The notes beneath the pieces are model-generated. The model was not told the DNA's origin and ran no database searches. It worked only from the letters and a program-made list of their open reading frames with translations. The translations under genes and the position numbers were made by a program. A stretch of 64,000 nt of DNA. It comes from Selaginella moellendorffii (Eukaryota > Plantae > Lycopodiophyta). The stretch is from assembly GCF_000143415.4 (NCBI RefSeq), contig NW_003314319.1:1199219-1263218 (forward strand), read 5' to 3'. How positions within the stretch are numbered: the stretch's first letter is position 1; the number at the start of each line of letters is the position of its first letter. Of this stretch, positions 37,388 to 52,300 are shown piece by piece.

Positions 37388-38874
37388 TAGTGCCTCTCCT
37401 TGTCAAAGAATCTAAGATGCACTGGTTCTAGCATAAAAAATATGGAAGTAGAAATGTCGCATACACTTTGGGATTGCTTGTTGATCCTCTATCCCACCTC
37501 TTATTGGTTATGGACAAGATCAGGCTTTTTTCACATTAAAGCCTTACTTTCTTAATAATGTTATGAAAGATCAGTAGTCCAGTGGTGCCTTGGTTCGAGC
37601 TATGCAAAAGAATATTTGTGATAGTTACTCATTTTATGCCCTAGATAGCAATTGAAAGTTCGTGGCATTTGGTGCGGTGACAACTGGGACGCTTCCAGAT
37701 AGAACAGAAAGTGGTAGTTCTGCACCATCAAGCTCCTGCTGCTCTCACTAGCAATAATCAAGAGGCACGAGAGATTTAGTTCTCCTGTGGCAGATCAATG
37801 CGGGGGTGATCCTAGGGAACTGTAATCACCCCTTTGGCGCTTGTCAAAAGCCTCGACCACGCTCTGACAGTGAGGGTGGCGTCCTCCTTCGCATAAACCT
37901 TTCATGTAGACACCATGGAAGTCTGGCTAGTAAATATCCTTGATGCGTCTCAAGAATCGGGGTGATTTTTGGGTGCTAAAATCGGGAGGAGTATCAAGCT
38001 CGGGCAGGACGGCAGTCTCTCCGAGAAAAAGCGGGCTTGTTTGATTCCCCCAAACCCACCAGGCACATGGAGAACTTCGTCCACTTGAGCTGCCTGAGGA
38101 TGGAATTGCCTGTTCGTGACAGGAATGGATGGTGAATGTGTGGCGTCGATGCTCCAAGCACAGCCCTGAACCTGGAAAGATCACACCGAAAGCTTACAAA
38201 GTCTACTTCTCTGGAAGTTCATACCTCTCAACCTTGGTCCCTGAAAACGTATCCCGCCGCCAGGGCGCCAAACACAAGGTCAGCGTCAAGAAAGCTACAC
38301 TGCGAGGAGGAGGAGGAGCGACAGGAGGAGCGCCTGCGATCGATCATGTCTTGTCAATGGAATCAGACGAGACAAGAGAATCAGCTGCCAGGGCTGAAGC
38401 CGCCGCTGCGCCGATAGGCCAGGAAATGGATTATCACAGCCGCCGCAGTCTCCAGCTTGCCCACGTCAATCTGCGCAAGGAACTAAATCTCTCGTGCCTC
38501 TTGATTATTGCTAGTGAGAGCAGCAGGAGTTTGATGGTGCAGAACTACCACTTTCTGTTCTATCTGGAAGCGTCCCAGTTGTCACCGCACCAAATGCCAC
38601 GAACTTTCAATTGCTATCTAGGGCATAAAATGAGTAACTATCACAAATATTCTTTTGCATAGCTCGAACCAAGGCACCACTGGACTACTGATCTTTCATA
38701 ACATTATTAAGAAAGGAAGGCTTTAATGTGAAAAAAGCCTGATCTTGTCCATAACCAATAAGAGGTGGGATAGAGGATCAGCAAGCAATCCCAAAGTGTA
38801 TGCGACATTTCTACTTCCATATTTTTTATGCTAGAACCAGTGCATCTTAGATTCTTTGACAAGGAGAGGCACTA
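37388..38874. repeat. Fold-back inverted repeat (395-bp arms 37388-37782 and 38480-38874)
   Basis: The arms are near-perfect reverse complements. An unrearranged version lies at 54510-56073. Confidence 0.9.
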
Positions 38875-41062
38875 AAATAGCATGGGCATCACTTTGGCCA
38901 CATCAAGATAAAAAGTAATACTGTGTTGATCTCCAGAAAATTGAACACTAGTATCAGCAAGGCTTCTCATAGTTCTTGTATTTCTGGGACATGTGTATAG
39001 TGCCATTTATTAAGCTCAATGAGAATAGAATTAACACCTTTAGCCTCAGAGAATTTTACATTGGTGATTCCACAATGGGTACTAGTATAGGCAAGTTTAT
39101 CAATTGAACAAAATTTACTCAATTTCTTAGCATTCAAAATTGTTGAGTACATTGTCCTATTAAAAGGTGAGCCAAGAAATATATACTTATAGATGGTGTA
39201 CGTCTTAGTCAAGTATATGTTGTTAGTCCTAGTATTTGTGAATTTGAGATTTATAGCTTAATTCAACTGTTTCTTTTTAGATTATTCCATTTAAGGAGGT
39301 TTATTTATCCTATGCAAAGATTCCTCTTATTTGGCAAATAAACATTGTGCCTTCAAAATGTTGAAAATGTGTGGTCTTGATATTGCACCAATTATGGATA
39401 TACTATTTGGTTTCTATCCCCTTCCATTTGGAATCTGTGCTGTTGACAAGAGGTGGTAGCTCGAAGAAAATATTGTTGTAGAAGGCTAGAAATTCGCTCA
39501 CAAGCCTATACAAAAACAAGTGCACGTTAAGTGAATTCGGCGCTGACACTAACATGACTTCTCCACTTGAACTAAAAGAGGACGAGAGAATAATGACTAA
39601 CTTTTGCTTCACATTCACTTTAGCTAGAGCACATTTGGGCACTTTGACTGAAGATCCAAAACTTTGAATTTCCTTTAACTTGGAATTCTGTAAATCCTAT
39701 TGTTATCCACCCTTACTTACACTAGAAAGAAGAAACTCTGAGTATGCAACTATACTAGTGCTGTTGTGAATCACAACCTTTAAAGAAATAGAGCCAAGAC
39801 AAAGATTAAAATGTTGACATAACAAACTTTTAGAAATAATATTCTAAGAGAATGAAAGAGGTGGGTGATCTCGAAAATGAAGAAGAAACCTCTCCATCCT
39901 TCTTAATAGATTTTAGAGTTTTCTCTCTTCATGCTTCTTGTAAAAATCTATAATGAAGCATAATTGAAATTTAAATAAAGCAATAAGAAAAATATCAACA
40001 ATGTACAAAATGAATTTAAATTCTATAGCAAATTTAACATGTGCAAGTGTGACAATATTAATATTACTGTTATCTATTATGATATCTGATGCATGTTATA
40101 CACATAGATCCAAGGAAGGATTTTCAAGACGTGAAGTTTGATAGTTAATAATGATACTAGTAATGATATTTTGCTATAGCATGTCAAACCAAGAGATCTA
40201 ATTTGACTGTCAGTATACGTGATATGTCAAGTTGTCAAATTTTAAGTGGTAGATGATAATAAATCTTGTTAAATCTTATTCTTCAATGACAGATTTGATT
40301 CGTAGTACAACTCAAGTTTTATCCATAATTGTGAACACTACTCAATGACATTTAAAGCACGTGCCTATTATTCAGGATCTAATACAACATAAAATAAATT
40401 TCTGGATGAGGATTCATCCATTCATAGATGGATATAGTACAACATATTTTAATGTGCCTTATTTATACTCTTTAAAGTTCTTGTAACGATTCCAAAATAT
40501 GTACAAAATATTGATGAGAATGCATCCTTTGTAGATAATTTGTAAAAAAAAATCATATCTCTAATAACAGAAATGTTGATAGGTGCTAGTTATATCATCA
40601 TTAAAATATACAAAATAAAAAAGCATAATTCACATATAATAATAATGATAAGATAAAATAAGATCGAAGATATTGTGATGGTTGAGATTTAGGTTATTTG
40701 GAATGAACAGCTGGGATGAAAGATGATTAGGATTATTGCACCATAAGTGGAGCGCACAAGAGATCGAGGGATTGAGTGGGAAGGAGATCGAGGGATTGAG
40801 CATGCAATAGATCGAGTGATTGAGCACATAAGAGATTGAGAGATTGAGCATGGAGCGCACGAGTGCGAGAGATTGAGTGTGGGAGAGTGCAAGAGATGGA
40901 GCGCACCAGTATGAACACGAGTTGAGATTGAGAGTGAGAGAGTGTGAGAAATCTAGCATGATCGAGATATCGGGAGGGAAAGATGCCACCAAGGGTGAGT
41001 TTTGATTTGATTGCTTTCACTTCTATTTCTTTATTTTTGCTTGTTTCTTGATTGTTTCTTCA

Positions 41063-41204
41063 GGGCCAGCCACCTCAAGCACTTTGGCCACCCAAGGGGC
41101 CGAGGTTATTTGAATTACCTTAGCCCCTCGGGCAACCAAAGTGCTTGAGGTTAAGTCTGGGCCAGCCACCTCGGGCACTTTGGCTACCCAAGGGGCTGAG
41201 GTTA
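41063..41204. repeat. Alternating direct/inverted ~34-bp repeats running into an assembly gap
   Basis: Unit CCTCRRGCACTTTGGYYRCCCRAGGGGCYRAGGT forward at ~41073 and ~41169, reverse at ~41117-41150. Confidence 0.75.
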
Positions 41205-41542
41205 NNNNNNNNNNNNNNNNNNNNNNNNNNNNNNNNNNNNNNNNNNNNNNNNNNNNNNNNNNNNNNNNNNNNNNNNNNNNNNNNNNNNNNNNNNNNNNNN
41301 NNNNNNNNNNNNNNNNNNNNNNNNNNNNNNNNNNNNNNNNNNNNNNNNNNNNNNNNNNNNNNNNNNNNNNNNNNNNNNNNNNNNNNNNNNNNNNNNNNNN
41401 NNNNNNNNNNNNNNNNNNNNNNNNNNNNNNNNNNNNNNNNNNNNNNNNNNNNNNNNNNNNNNNNNNNNNNNNNNNNNNNNNNNNNNNNNNNNNNNNNNNN
41501 NNNNNNNNNNNNNNNNNNNNNNNNNNNNNNNNNNNNNNNNNN
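41205..41542. other. Assembly gap
   Basis: Run of N. Confidence 0.99.
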
Positions 41543-41687
41543 TTATTTAGTTTGACTAACAAAATTTTTCCTCGTTTAAAAAAGAAAAATTGTACCACAC
41601 AAAAAGATTGTTGGAGCCAAGAAGACATGAAAAGTTCAATTCAACACTACTGACAACATCACAATTGACATATCCATTGGCACATTA

Positions 41688-44590
41688 ATGAAAACACATT
41701 TACTTAGAGATCCACTGCCTCCACCACCATCACCTCCACCATCACCACCTCCACCATCACTATTGCCACTTCCACCACCACCATCACCACCTCCATCATC
41801 GCCATTGCTACCACCACTGCCACTATTGCCTCCACCTCCACCGCCACCACCACCAACCCCCACCATCACCACTACTACCTCCACTTTACTCCTCACTAGC
41901 CCACCACCAGCACAAATCCCTGAAGTTGGGCAATCTAGTGGTGTTCACAATAGGGAACCTAAAGTACAACTTGGAGCTCAAAGAGTTGTAGACCTTCCTG
42001 ACAACGTGGTGGACAAGCACTTCCAAGAGATTGTTATGCGAACAAGGGAAAAAGCAGTTCACCAAATACTTGAGGCGCTCAAGTGGCTAGGCCCTTGTGA
42101 CTTGATCAAAGAGATCCCCCTTTGTCGTTTGCAGCAGACAAACTTTGTTCGCACTACATCAAAGTATGTCAATTCGAATATATACAGCTTGTTCAAACAG
42201 AATGGCCATGCGATAAATATCAGTATGTTTCTAGTCTCGATTTGCAAGTTAGGAACAATGGAGATCATTACTATCACACAGTTAGATTGTGAATAGCTGG
42301 GATTCTATTTAGAGGAGGAAATCCCTAAAATTTGATAACATGCTTATTAGACATCCTAAGGCTCAACAACTTCTGAGGACAATATTCTAAACTATTGATA
42401 GTAACCACTAATATAAGGCTTGGATGAAGTGTATCAAAGATCATTTTCTCAATGATCCCATCTACCATATCAACGTTCCAGTCGGCATGTCTATGCAAGG
42501 GGACCTTTGGATGTCAACAGACTTATCTTGTCTTGCCAAAAGATCAATGCGTAAGTTTTATAATTTTACCTCCAACTTGTAAATGACTAATTTTTTTATT
42601 CTACTTTAGTCACTTAACCACACCTCTGACCACTTGGAGGAGTCTCATTCACAACCTCTATAAGTCCAATTTAGGATGTGGGGCTTGCTAGCCCCGAGAA
42701 TGGCATCTATGCCACTAAACCATTGCACTGGGTCCAAGTGCTCCATGTGTCTGATCCCATAACCGACACCCCAAGGTATCATTGACATATCAACCCGTTA
42801 CTCTAAGGCCATACCCATTCACCTTGGTGACACCGGTGGTCCAACACCACTTACATCACAGTCTTGTCTCTCAAAGACTAGGGCATCCATCCATGAGTGA
42901 TCATCTTAGATTCAGCATCCTTAGAATGCCCACAAACATGGTGAATAGCCTTCCCAATATCCCTTTTACAGCCTTTGGGTGTTTTAGCCATGGGTTTAGA
43001 GCGAGGTTTCATTGAGCCACACTAGGTATCCAAGTAGGTAATGCCACCCATACTTGGATTGGGAGCATTGACCATTCGATCTCTCGGGGGAACTAGAGCC
43101 GACTTTTGAACACTTCACCAAGCTACCTCGCTTGTTGGTTCATATTCACTTTAGCCTTGGACTTCCCAATGGTTATCTCATCACCCAATACTTGGGTACA
43201 GCCTTCCTGGGCCAAATTAACCTTTCCTGGCCAAACTGGCTCCACTAGGGTTTAACCCCCACACTCTCCTTGTAGCCCCCCCCCCCCAGGGGACAATCGC
43301 TTTGGGCTTTCACCCAACAACCTATATTAGTATTTGGACTCGGACTGGGACTTGAAGTCGGACTTGAACTCGGACTCGGTCTCAATCTCGGACTTAGACT
43401 TGGACTCGGTCTCGGTCTCGGTCTCGGTTCCATCTCAGACTCCATCTCGGGTCCATCTCAGACTCCATCTTGGACTCCATCTCAAGTCCATCTCGAACTC
43501 CATCTTAGACTCTGTCTCGAGTCTTCCATATATCATGTGTTGGTCCTTTTGTGTCCCTTCTCTAGAGACTCACTTACTGCTTGCTTCATGCTCGTTCCTC
43601 GAGCCCTTCGTTTAGGAGTTTCACTCCTGCTCTCAACTTTTCAAGTTGGAGCTTTTAGTCCAAATATGTTACGCTCATTTGGCTTTTATTTCGGCCACTA
43701 CCACATGGCACCTAAGGATTTTATGTTTAACATAACTCCACTTTAACTTGTTTTGTTGTGTTTAAATCCAGGCTTGGGCAGTTTGCTGTTCAAAAGTAAA
43801 ACTTTATCCATGACATCGAGCAACTTCAATTTTTAGCAGACTTGAGTGAGGATGACATCTGCGAACATTATGATGATGATCTTGCAATACTTGTTCATCA
43901 CTCACGCACTCGAAATGACGGTACAACTTTGTTCAACAACCCAATTAGTTTTATGCTCGCTATATGGTGCAAAGTATGTCTTTCCCTTTCATTTTATAAG
44001 GGCTTCTTTTAATTGTTTTGGTTTTTAACCTTTGGTGAAGGTCAAATATGATGCTTATGAACTTGTATATCGGGAGAACAGTCGGGAAGAGCTCTCAACT
44101 GAGTTCGTACAAATTGAGCATAAAATTCAGCATGCAAATTCTTTAAAGTTGAAGAAACTAAGATACATTGCAGACAATCGTAGGCCGAAGGAGTGGCTAG
44201 AGACTATAGCTGAAATTTCTTCTCATGTTTTTTTATCACACTTCATTTTTCTCAATTATGCATATTTACTTTTGTAGTGAACAAAACTCCAGATGATATA
44301 ATTTATAATATCGCAAAATTGAAGCTTCCGTATAAGCGACAGATAGAAACTCTGGATTTCCTTAATGTCTGCTTGATGAACAAAGAGAAAGGACTACTAA
44401 AACTATTTGAGAACATGATGAGAAGGGCTATCTACATCATGCAAACTATAAGTGAAGGTGAGAAGGTATATGTCTGTAACTCATTCTTGAATCTATTGTA
44501 CATCCACACATGCACATTTTCCAGACCCGCCATTGGGCAATTCCTACAGTGCTCAAGAAAAGTTTGTAAACCCATAAAGCCACTTGTTTA
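41688..44590 (+). pseudogene. Decayed intron-containing gene with Pro-rich N-terminus and ParB-like motif
   Basis: Poly-Pro tract, then IPLCRL...VR and IDSNH*YKAWMKCI at ~42394-42435 (DGNHR-like). Introns 42551-43771, ~44228-44277 and 44466-44524. Multiple stops. Confidence 0.55.
42578..43732 (-). mobile_element. Solo LTR of family A, older and internally deleted, inside an intron
   Basis: Homologous to the other A LTRs. TG...CA ends. Near-TSD CAACT (42573-42577) / TAACT (43733-43737). Confidence 0.88.
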
Positions 44591-46189
44591 AGAAAAAATA
44601 GCATATTAGACACCGAATATAATAGTGTTTTGTGCTTTCAAGTAGTCCCGCTATGTCAGGAGCAAGATCTTGCAAAAACATGTGGCATTGCTTTTGAAGC
44701 ATTGGAGGCAATCCCTATCTAATAATAAGATTCAGAATTTCATATATAAGGAGCTCTAGTTCAACTTCACTAAAGCCCTCAGTAGAAAAAGGATTATTAT
44801 ATGGAGGTGAAGGTAGAATGTTGGTAGAACTTGGGGATGGAGGTGGAGATTAATATAAAATGTTGGGGGGCTAAGTATAAGTAGCAGTGACTTTCTTTCG
44901 AGCCATTTCAATACAAACTTCCAAGGAGCTCAAGGAGAACAAAAAAACTATAATGACTATAACTTTTCTAGATAGTTTATATATTAAGTTTTAGTCTCGG
45001 GAATAAGGTTTATTTATTATAACACTGACGATACTCAGATTCTTTAAATGTCAGTTTTGGAAATGGGGCTTCATAATCATAGCTTGCTTATAAACATAAG
45101 AGCTTCTAGAATTTTAGATTATCGTGTATACACATGCTTTATCATTATAATGAAATCCTACTTTACTACACATATATTCTTTTCTACGCATGCCAAATGT
45201 TTAGAGAAATAGACTGCAGGGAAATATAAAACACATTATAGTGGCAGAGCACATTGGCACGCTACCATTCCCTTATGTGAGATTGCTTTTCAGTCTTGGA
45301 AATGTAGATAAAGTTGATTCTTTGATGTGATATTACTTTTGAGTCTTTCGAAAGATTTCAATTTCTTTTATTATTATTCACAAACAACTCTCGAAAATAT
45401 TTAATGAGGATTCACTACAAAAATATATCTTGGTCTTATCATATGAGAGGATTGTGATATAAGCTGGCAACACAGTTTTTAATATGAATTAATATTTAAA
45501 TTACAAATGTCATGGAAAGTGTTATGGAGTAGATTTCTTGGTGCTTTCTGCCGTGTTGTTCATTTCTTCATTTCTTTTACTCTGAACTGTTGTTTCAGAA
45601 GTAACAAAAGCATTTTTATCAATCATAATAGTGGTCTCCACATTTTCAAATGGGTAATAAAAACGTAAAAACGAATAGGAGTGTAATATGGAGATTGTGG
45701 TAATGAAACAAAATTAACATTCTCACATTCCTTTGCACTACAATTGTTACTCACACATCTTGTATTTTCCTTGCTTCCCATCTTCTCAAGAACCCTCAAA
45801 AATCTTTTGAATGAAGGAATAGTATCTACAACTATAAAAATATTCAAAATATTAAGTAGTCAAATCAAAATATAACAACTGTAACAATAGTCATAATAAA
45901 ATAATATAGCTTTATAAAAGATAGATTCTTGTGAACTTTGTCTTTTTTAAACAATTCAATCTTATAGAAACTTTTAACTCAAATATTTACGTATTTAAAT
46001 ATTTTAAAGTTTGTTAGAACCTTCATTTGTTCAATTTATATTTCCTTTGTAAGACTTCTAATTGATTATGTTGACTTGAGTTGACTTGTGTTGAATTGAG
46101 CTCAACTCAACTTTGGACTATCCCCATAACTAGTATATATAGATATATTTTATGGACTTCTCAACACTAAAATAAGATAGCTAATAGCA

Positions 46190-48500
46190 AGAGAAACTTT
46201 GAAAACTTTAAGCATGTAGTTGTTCTTACCTATTTTAGAAACAATTTAGTAGCACATTTATAAATACTGTCAAAAGAAAAGAGAACAACTATATCTTATA
46301 TCCTTGTAGCACATATAAAATCTTTATTGCATTTATTTTATATTCCTATGTTTGTATGGCAAAAAGAAGTTGATAATTTATAATGCTTTCTTTAAAGTGT
46401 TTTTAGTAGTGATGGCCTGATTTGTGATCAATAAATTCTAATTTGGTGATTAGATAACAGTAGAACTGGAAGTGAAGACTACATTATCCAATGATTGAAA
46501 CTCATCCAAATGTTTTGCTAGTGCATTAGTTTACTTTGATTTAAAGACAACTTTATCACATATGAGACAATATTTCAGACAAATTGGCTTTCAAAATAAG
46601 ATGACATGATATATAAATTACATAGGTAAAATCACTCACCAGCTTGCAAATTTTTCTAAGAAAAACATAAATTATTTCTCTAGGATAATTTCACTATATT
46701 AGATATCTACATTGTTAAAAAAAATATGTAGAAATGATAAAGATTTATAAGATGTGATTTTTCAAATTTTTTAATCAAATACTAATCATAGATAATAATT
46801 ATAAACTATGGATTTTTGTCATTGCAATGAATAGTATAAAACATGTAGTAATAATAACAGGATCTTTTTATTGTTCCATAAGTTGATTAAAATTTCTTTC
46901 TTTACCAACAGATTCCATATTCATAATTGGTGAATTTATTTCTCTTACAGATACTTTCTATGATACAATTCAATTATGCATTGCTCCATTTTCATAAAAA
47001 CTGACTTACAGTTTCCATTTACTATTTAACTTTCAATAGTATTAATATCATATAACCTAAATAAATATCATCTAAAACTTTGCAATTCTACTTTTCTTAG
47101 TAGAGCTCAGATCCTTGCTAGTTTCAACTAGCACCCACTAAATTGCAATCGAGGTAAGTTAAACCTTTCATTTGTAATTTTCGATACACAAGGGATATTG
47201 TAATTTGGATCTCATCATGCTCATTGGTGAAATATAACTCTACTCCCAATATAAAATTATGCATTTCCATGGGCAATCCATGTAATAAATGTTTTGTTCA
47301 TTATAATTAATTTAAAAAGTTAGAACAAAGGATTAGCACTTTAAAAACAAAGGCAGCAAATTTTAGGAATTTGGCACAATCCTTGATATGGAATCACTTT
47401 TCCTTGAAAACTCACATAGCTTAGTTCTATTTTGTCTTTATTAACAAGGTGGTAGATACATTTGCTTAGTATATATTATTCTTTGTTAGTTGGTACAAAA
47501 AATTTAAATTTTTAATGGAGACAATAGAGTTCTAGAATCTCCACACCTTGCAAGTTTTTCATTAGGATTGTGTTCATCCTTATAATTGCAAATGTGGAAT
47601 TTGTGCCACTACTTTAAGATTGCACACCTTTGCATTGCTAGTGTATTTTGTAGCCAAAGACTCCCTTTGCTTTGAACTTAATCCTTGTAAATTAATAACT
47701 AGTACATCCATATATATATTCTATGGAATTCTCAGCACTAAATTCAAAATAATCAACAGAAGAAGAAACTTTGAAAACTTTAACCATATTGGTTTTCTTG
47801 CTTTTATGAGAAATAACTTAGTAGCATATGAAACTTATCAATGGTCTCAAAGGAAAAGGGAAGATTCATATCTTGTGTCATTGTAGCACATATAAAATCT
47901 TTATTAAATTTGTTGTACATTTCTATGTTTGTATTACAAAAACCAGCTAAAGGAATATGACAATGTATAACACTTTCTTTAGAGTGCTTTTCATGATGGC
48001 CTAATTTGTGGTAAAGAAATTCTAATCCTTTAGTGATTAGGTAATGATAGAACTAGAAGTGAAAACTATAGTAGCTAATCATTGCAACTCATCTAATGTG
48101 CTAATGTTTTGCTACTGCATTAGCTACTTTGATTTGAAGACAAACTTGCATATGAGACAATATTCCCAAAGTTGTGATTTCAAAATAAAATTACATGATT
48201 TATAGATTACATTAGGTAAAGTCACTCACCACCTTGCAAGTTTTTCTAAGAAAAACATAAACTATTTCTCTACAATGATTTCACTATACATGATACCTAC
48301 ATTGTTAAGAAAATACATATAAATGATAAAGATTTATAAGGTGTAATTTTAAAAAATAAATGAATCAAATAAATCATAGCTAATACTAATGATATATAGT
48401 GATAGGTATGAACTATGGATTTTTGTCATTGCAATGGATACTATAAAAATGTAGTAATACTAACGATCTTGTTATTTTTGTATAAGTTGATTAAATTTTT
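46190..48500 (+). repeat. Diverged AT-rich direct duplication (~46190-46900 and ~47762-48500)
   Basis: Shared colinear anchors GAAACTTTGAAAACTTTAA, GTAGCACATATAAAATCTTTATT, TTTTCTAAGAAAAACATAAA, AACTATGGATTTTTGTCATTGCAATG. Confidence 0.85.
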
Positions 48501-48563
48501 TTTCATCCCAATAGCCTTAATATTCAAAATTGGATGTTAACCTTGACAGTTGTTTTGCAAAAG

Positions 48564-49345
48564 CTAGCAGTTTCAGAAGATCTGTCATCCAAGCTGCAAG
48601 GCTGGACACTCTCCAGGATGTTTCGCTCAAAGCTGGAAGGCAAGTGCCCGCTTGCAACTACAAGTAGTGTCTATCTAGAGCTGGAGGAGAGCTTGGCGAA
48701 GCACTTGGCTAGAGATCTCAGTGAAGAAATAGGCATCAACTTCATGGACAATAGTCAGCTCTGCTCCAAGTCAGGTTCTTGCCTCCTCTTCAGGCTCTCT
48801 TTTACTTGAGTATGAAGCTGGCATGAACAGCGAGCTTGATCTTGTAGTCACTTGGAGAGCCCGGGTGGATTGGTCTCGGTTCTACACAAGCCGGTATTTG
48901 GCTGGCAGAGGGAATGCAAGGGGATCTATCATCATTTCGTTTCGAGCAAATGATGGTTCTTCTCGAAACTGTTACTCTTCAGGTATCAAGGCAGTCGACT
49001 ACATTAACATTATGATCCTCCAGATAATACCATGGTTTGTTCATTTATATGGCCACGCACTAAAGGCTTTGTTGGATGGCCGAAATGTGGAGTTTTGGTC
49101 CATGGTTAGACTGATGAGATTCACACTGGCAGAAGATTGCAAAGCTCCTGCTGCTGTGGAGATTCCTTTGCAAGTTTCTATTGCAACCCAGGCTGTAACT
49201 TTGACAAGGTTTGTGATATTGCTGGTTGCTTTGGAAGGGATATTGATGATGCTGTTCCATTCATGCAGGGATTTCTTCACATCGACGATCATCCTCTAGA
49301 TGCAAACCGTGGATTTGATCTGCCTTCCGCAGTTATCACTTATCA
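48564..49345 (+). pseudogene. PIGT: GPI transamidase subunit PIG-T (GPI16) fragment
   Basis: WTLSRMFRSKLEGKCPLATTSSVYLEL, SRYLAGRGNARGSI, QIIPWFVHLY, FDK[intron ~49210-49269]GFLHIDDHPLDANRGFDLPSAVITY. Frameshifted and 3'-truncated next to element B. Confidence 0.85.
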
Positions 49346-49381
49346 TTTATAAACATTTTAATAATAATAAAGTTGCTAAAT

Positions 49382-52300
49382 TGTGAGTGCATGAAATATG
49401 GAAAGAGAATACAGAAAATATGCATATCAATTAACCCAAAAACCCTAACTTATATACAAGAGCGAGTGGTCCGAATTGAAACCAATCTGACGGCTACCAA
49501 AATCCCACTACGCTAATATTAGTATATGGCATCATAGCCATACACTTGGCCCTCACATCATCCCCTCCTCTTAGAATAATGGAAGACCATTAGGGTTCTC
49601 TTGTAGACGGGCTGGGATCTAGAGGAACATTAGGAGGAGGCATTGGCAGATCTATAGATGGTATTAACTGCTCCTGATCTCTTTGTATAAAGTGTTTCAA
49701 CCGCTGCACATGTATAATCTCTAGAGGATCAACTTGCTAGATGTCATGCCGAACCTCATAAACTTGTGCTTCAACTTGCCACAACACCCGATACGGTCCT
49801 TTCCACTGTGCAAGGAGCCCCTTAGATAAACCACGTACCGTAAGATGGGGAAAACAAATTAACACCAAATCATCCACTTTGTACTCCACAAGTGGACAAT
49901 GATGGGAGTTGTAGCGCTGTTATTGTCCCACTTGTATGCGGCCTAAGTGTTCAGCAAACTCTACTCAGACAAGTGGAAGAATGCTTATCAAATACTAATC
50001 CCACGACCTAGCATCGGTAGCTCGTGGCAATTGCGACAGTAAACCCAGCTCCATTGGTAATATTAGATCATGACCATATAAGAGTTTATATGGTGAAGCA
50101 CCAATAGAACTCTGCACCCCTGTGACATATGTATACCGAAGACACGGCAAATAACCATCCTAATCCGAATGCTAAAAGTTTATATACTTTGCAATCATCC
50201 TTTTGAATGTCCGAACAAGCCGTTCCTCTAAACCGTCTGATTATGGATGATAAGCACTTGTGAAAGTGTGACATATCCCTAATCGAGACATCAGAACATG
50301 AAATGCCTCAACTATAAATGTGCAACCATTATCCGAAAGAATCTGCTCTAGACAAGAATGCTGGAACACCACTTGATTGAGGAGGAAGTATCCAACAACA
50401 GTTGCAAAGGTGCTAGCAAGAGCACCAACTTCCACCCAACGAGTCGAGTAGTCAAAAAAAATAATAACATACTCATTGCCAGCAATCGACCATGGAAAAG
50501 GTCCCATAAGATCAAATTCCACCAACTCAAATGGACGGGAAATTGTAATTGACTCCAACCATCCTTCCACAACACGAGGGGGAATATTACGAGTTTGGCA
50601 CCAAACGCAGCTATGCACATACCGGATAACATCACGTCGCATCTTCGGCCAATAGAAAACCTGTGCAGCTTCTCAATTACACGATGATGTCCCATATGCC
50701 CACCTAGCAGTACAACTAATGAAGTTCTTCCATTTCACTAATGAAGTGACGGCAGCATGGTCACCTTCAAGTAATGTCCAAGAACCATATAGATATGCCT
50801 GAAGTTTCTCAAAACCCCAGAGTGTTGCTAAACACTCCTTCTCTATCGTGGAGTAGTTCATCTCCGCTAGTTGTAATGTATGGCTTATATACACAATGGG
50901 ATGGCACTGACAAAGCACACTCAAGCTTTCTTGCATCAACACTCCTTCAACACCAATGTCAAAAGCATCCACGCGCAAAATAAAAGGTCGAGTATAGTCA
51001 GGATATGCCAAAACTGGAGGAGTCGTCAATAGCTCTTTGAGATCCATGAATGCCTACTGACAATCCGGAGACCAGATGAAAGATGATGTTGATGACTCTA
51101 GCAACGCTCGCAATGGTACAGTGCGATCAAAAAGATGATCCACAAAGCGACCGAGATATTGCACCTTGCCCAAAAAGCACTACACATCATTTACACACTT
51201 CAGAGTAGGGAACTTTAGAACAGCCACAAGTTTGTTAAGATCAATTTGCAAACCCTCACGAGCAATATAGTACCCAAGATAAGTTGTGTCCTTGGAACCA
51301 AACACGCACTTTGACCACTTCAGCTTTAAACTAACGTCCCGTAGCCAATCCAACACTTTACGAACATCACGAACATGCTCCTTCCACGTCCCCTCCGAGT
51401 GGATCAAGACATCATCAATGAAGTCAATAGTCACCTCCAGCATATCACAAAGGACCTCGTCCATCATCCGTTGAAAAGTTGCTAGATCATTGTTCAAACC
51501 AAACGGCATCACCAAGAACTCATACAGTCTAAACGGTATACAAAAAGTAGTCTAAGGAATATCTTCTTCTACTATTAGTACTTGCCAGTACCCAGAAGCA
51601 AGATCTAGCTTGGTGAACTAATGACTTCGCCTTAGACAATCCAAAAGATCAGCATTATGAAAAAGAGGGTACAAATTTAGGATCGTCACTTCGTTTAACA
51701 GATGATAGTCAATGCATAAACAAATACTCCCATCAGGCTTTGTCACAAGATAAGGTTCACATACCCAAGGACATTGCGACTTCCGAATAACACCCTTCTC
51801 TAACATTTCTTTAACATTTGCGCGTAAAATCTTGATCTCTTTGGGTGACCGACAACGAACAAGAACCTTGATTAAACGAGCATCCCCATTTGGAATCGGA
51901 TGACGTGTGGCAATCTTGGCCCCAGATGATGTGTCAAAGTCAAAAAGATCAGAATACTCCTTCATAAGCTGGTCAACCGCTGCAACACAAAGATTGTTGA
52001 AGGGACTGGAAAAGGGAAGAGAAGAACAAGACAGAAACATAGGAGGAAATAATGAGGGAACAAAAGTAATGGAAGCAGAAGTAGAAATAGAGGGACGAAG
52101 AGGTACAAAAGTGAGAGGAATGGATGAAACATAAGGAAGTATGAGACAAGGGGGAGAAGCCTCAAAGTCACATTTAGCATGATTGCGCTGCAACCAATCC
52201 ATACCAAGGATGAGGTTGAAAATTTGACTCGGCACCACCCGCAAGGATTGCAACTCAAGCTCAAGATCACCCACATGCACAACCAGGTCCGCCTTATCCC

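Noticed and set aside
39403-39700. Possible exons of an unknown minus-strand gene
   Set aside because: Short, no recognisable motif, and splice structure not supportable.
41023-41653. ORFs spanning X runs
   Set aside because: Artefacts of the assembly gap.
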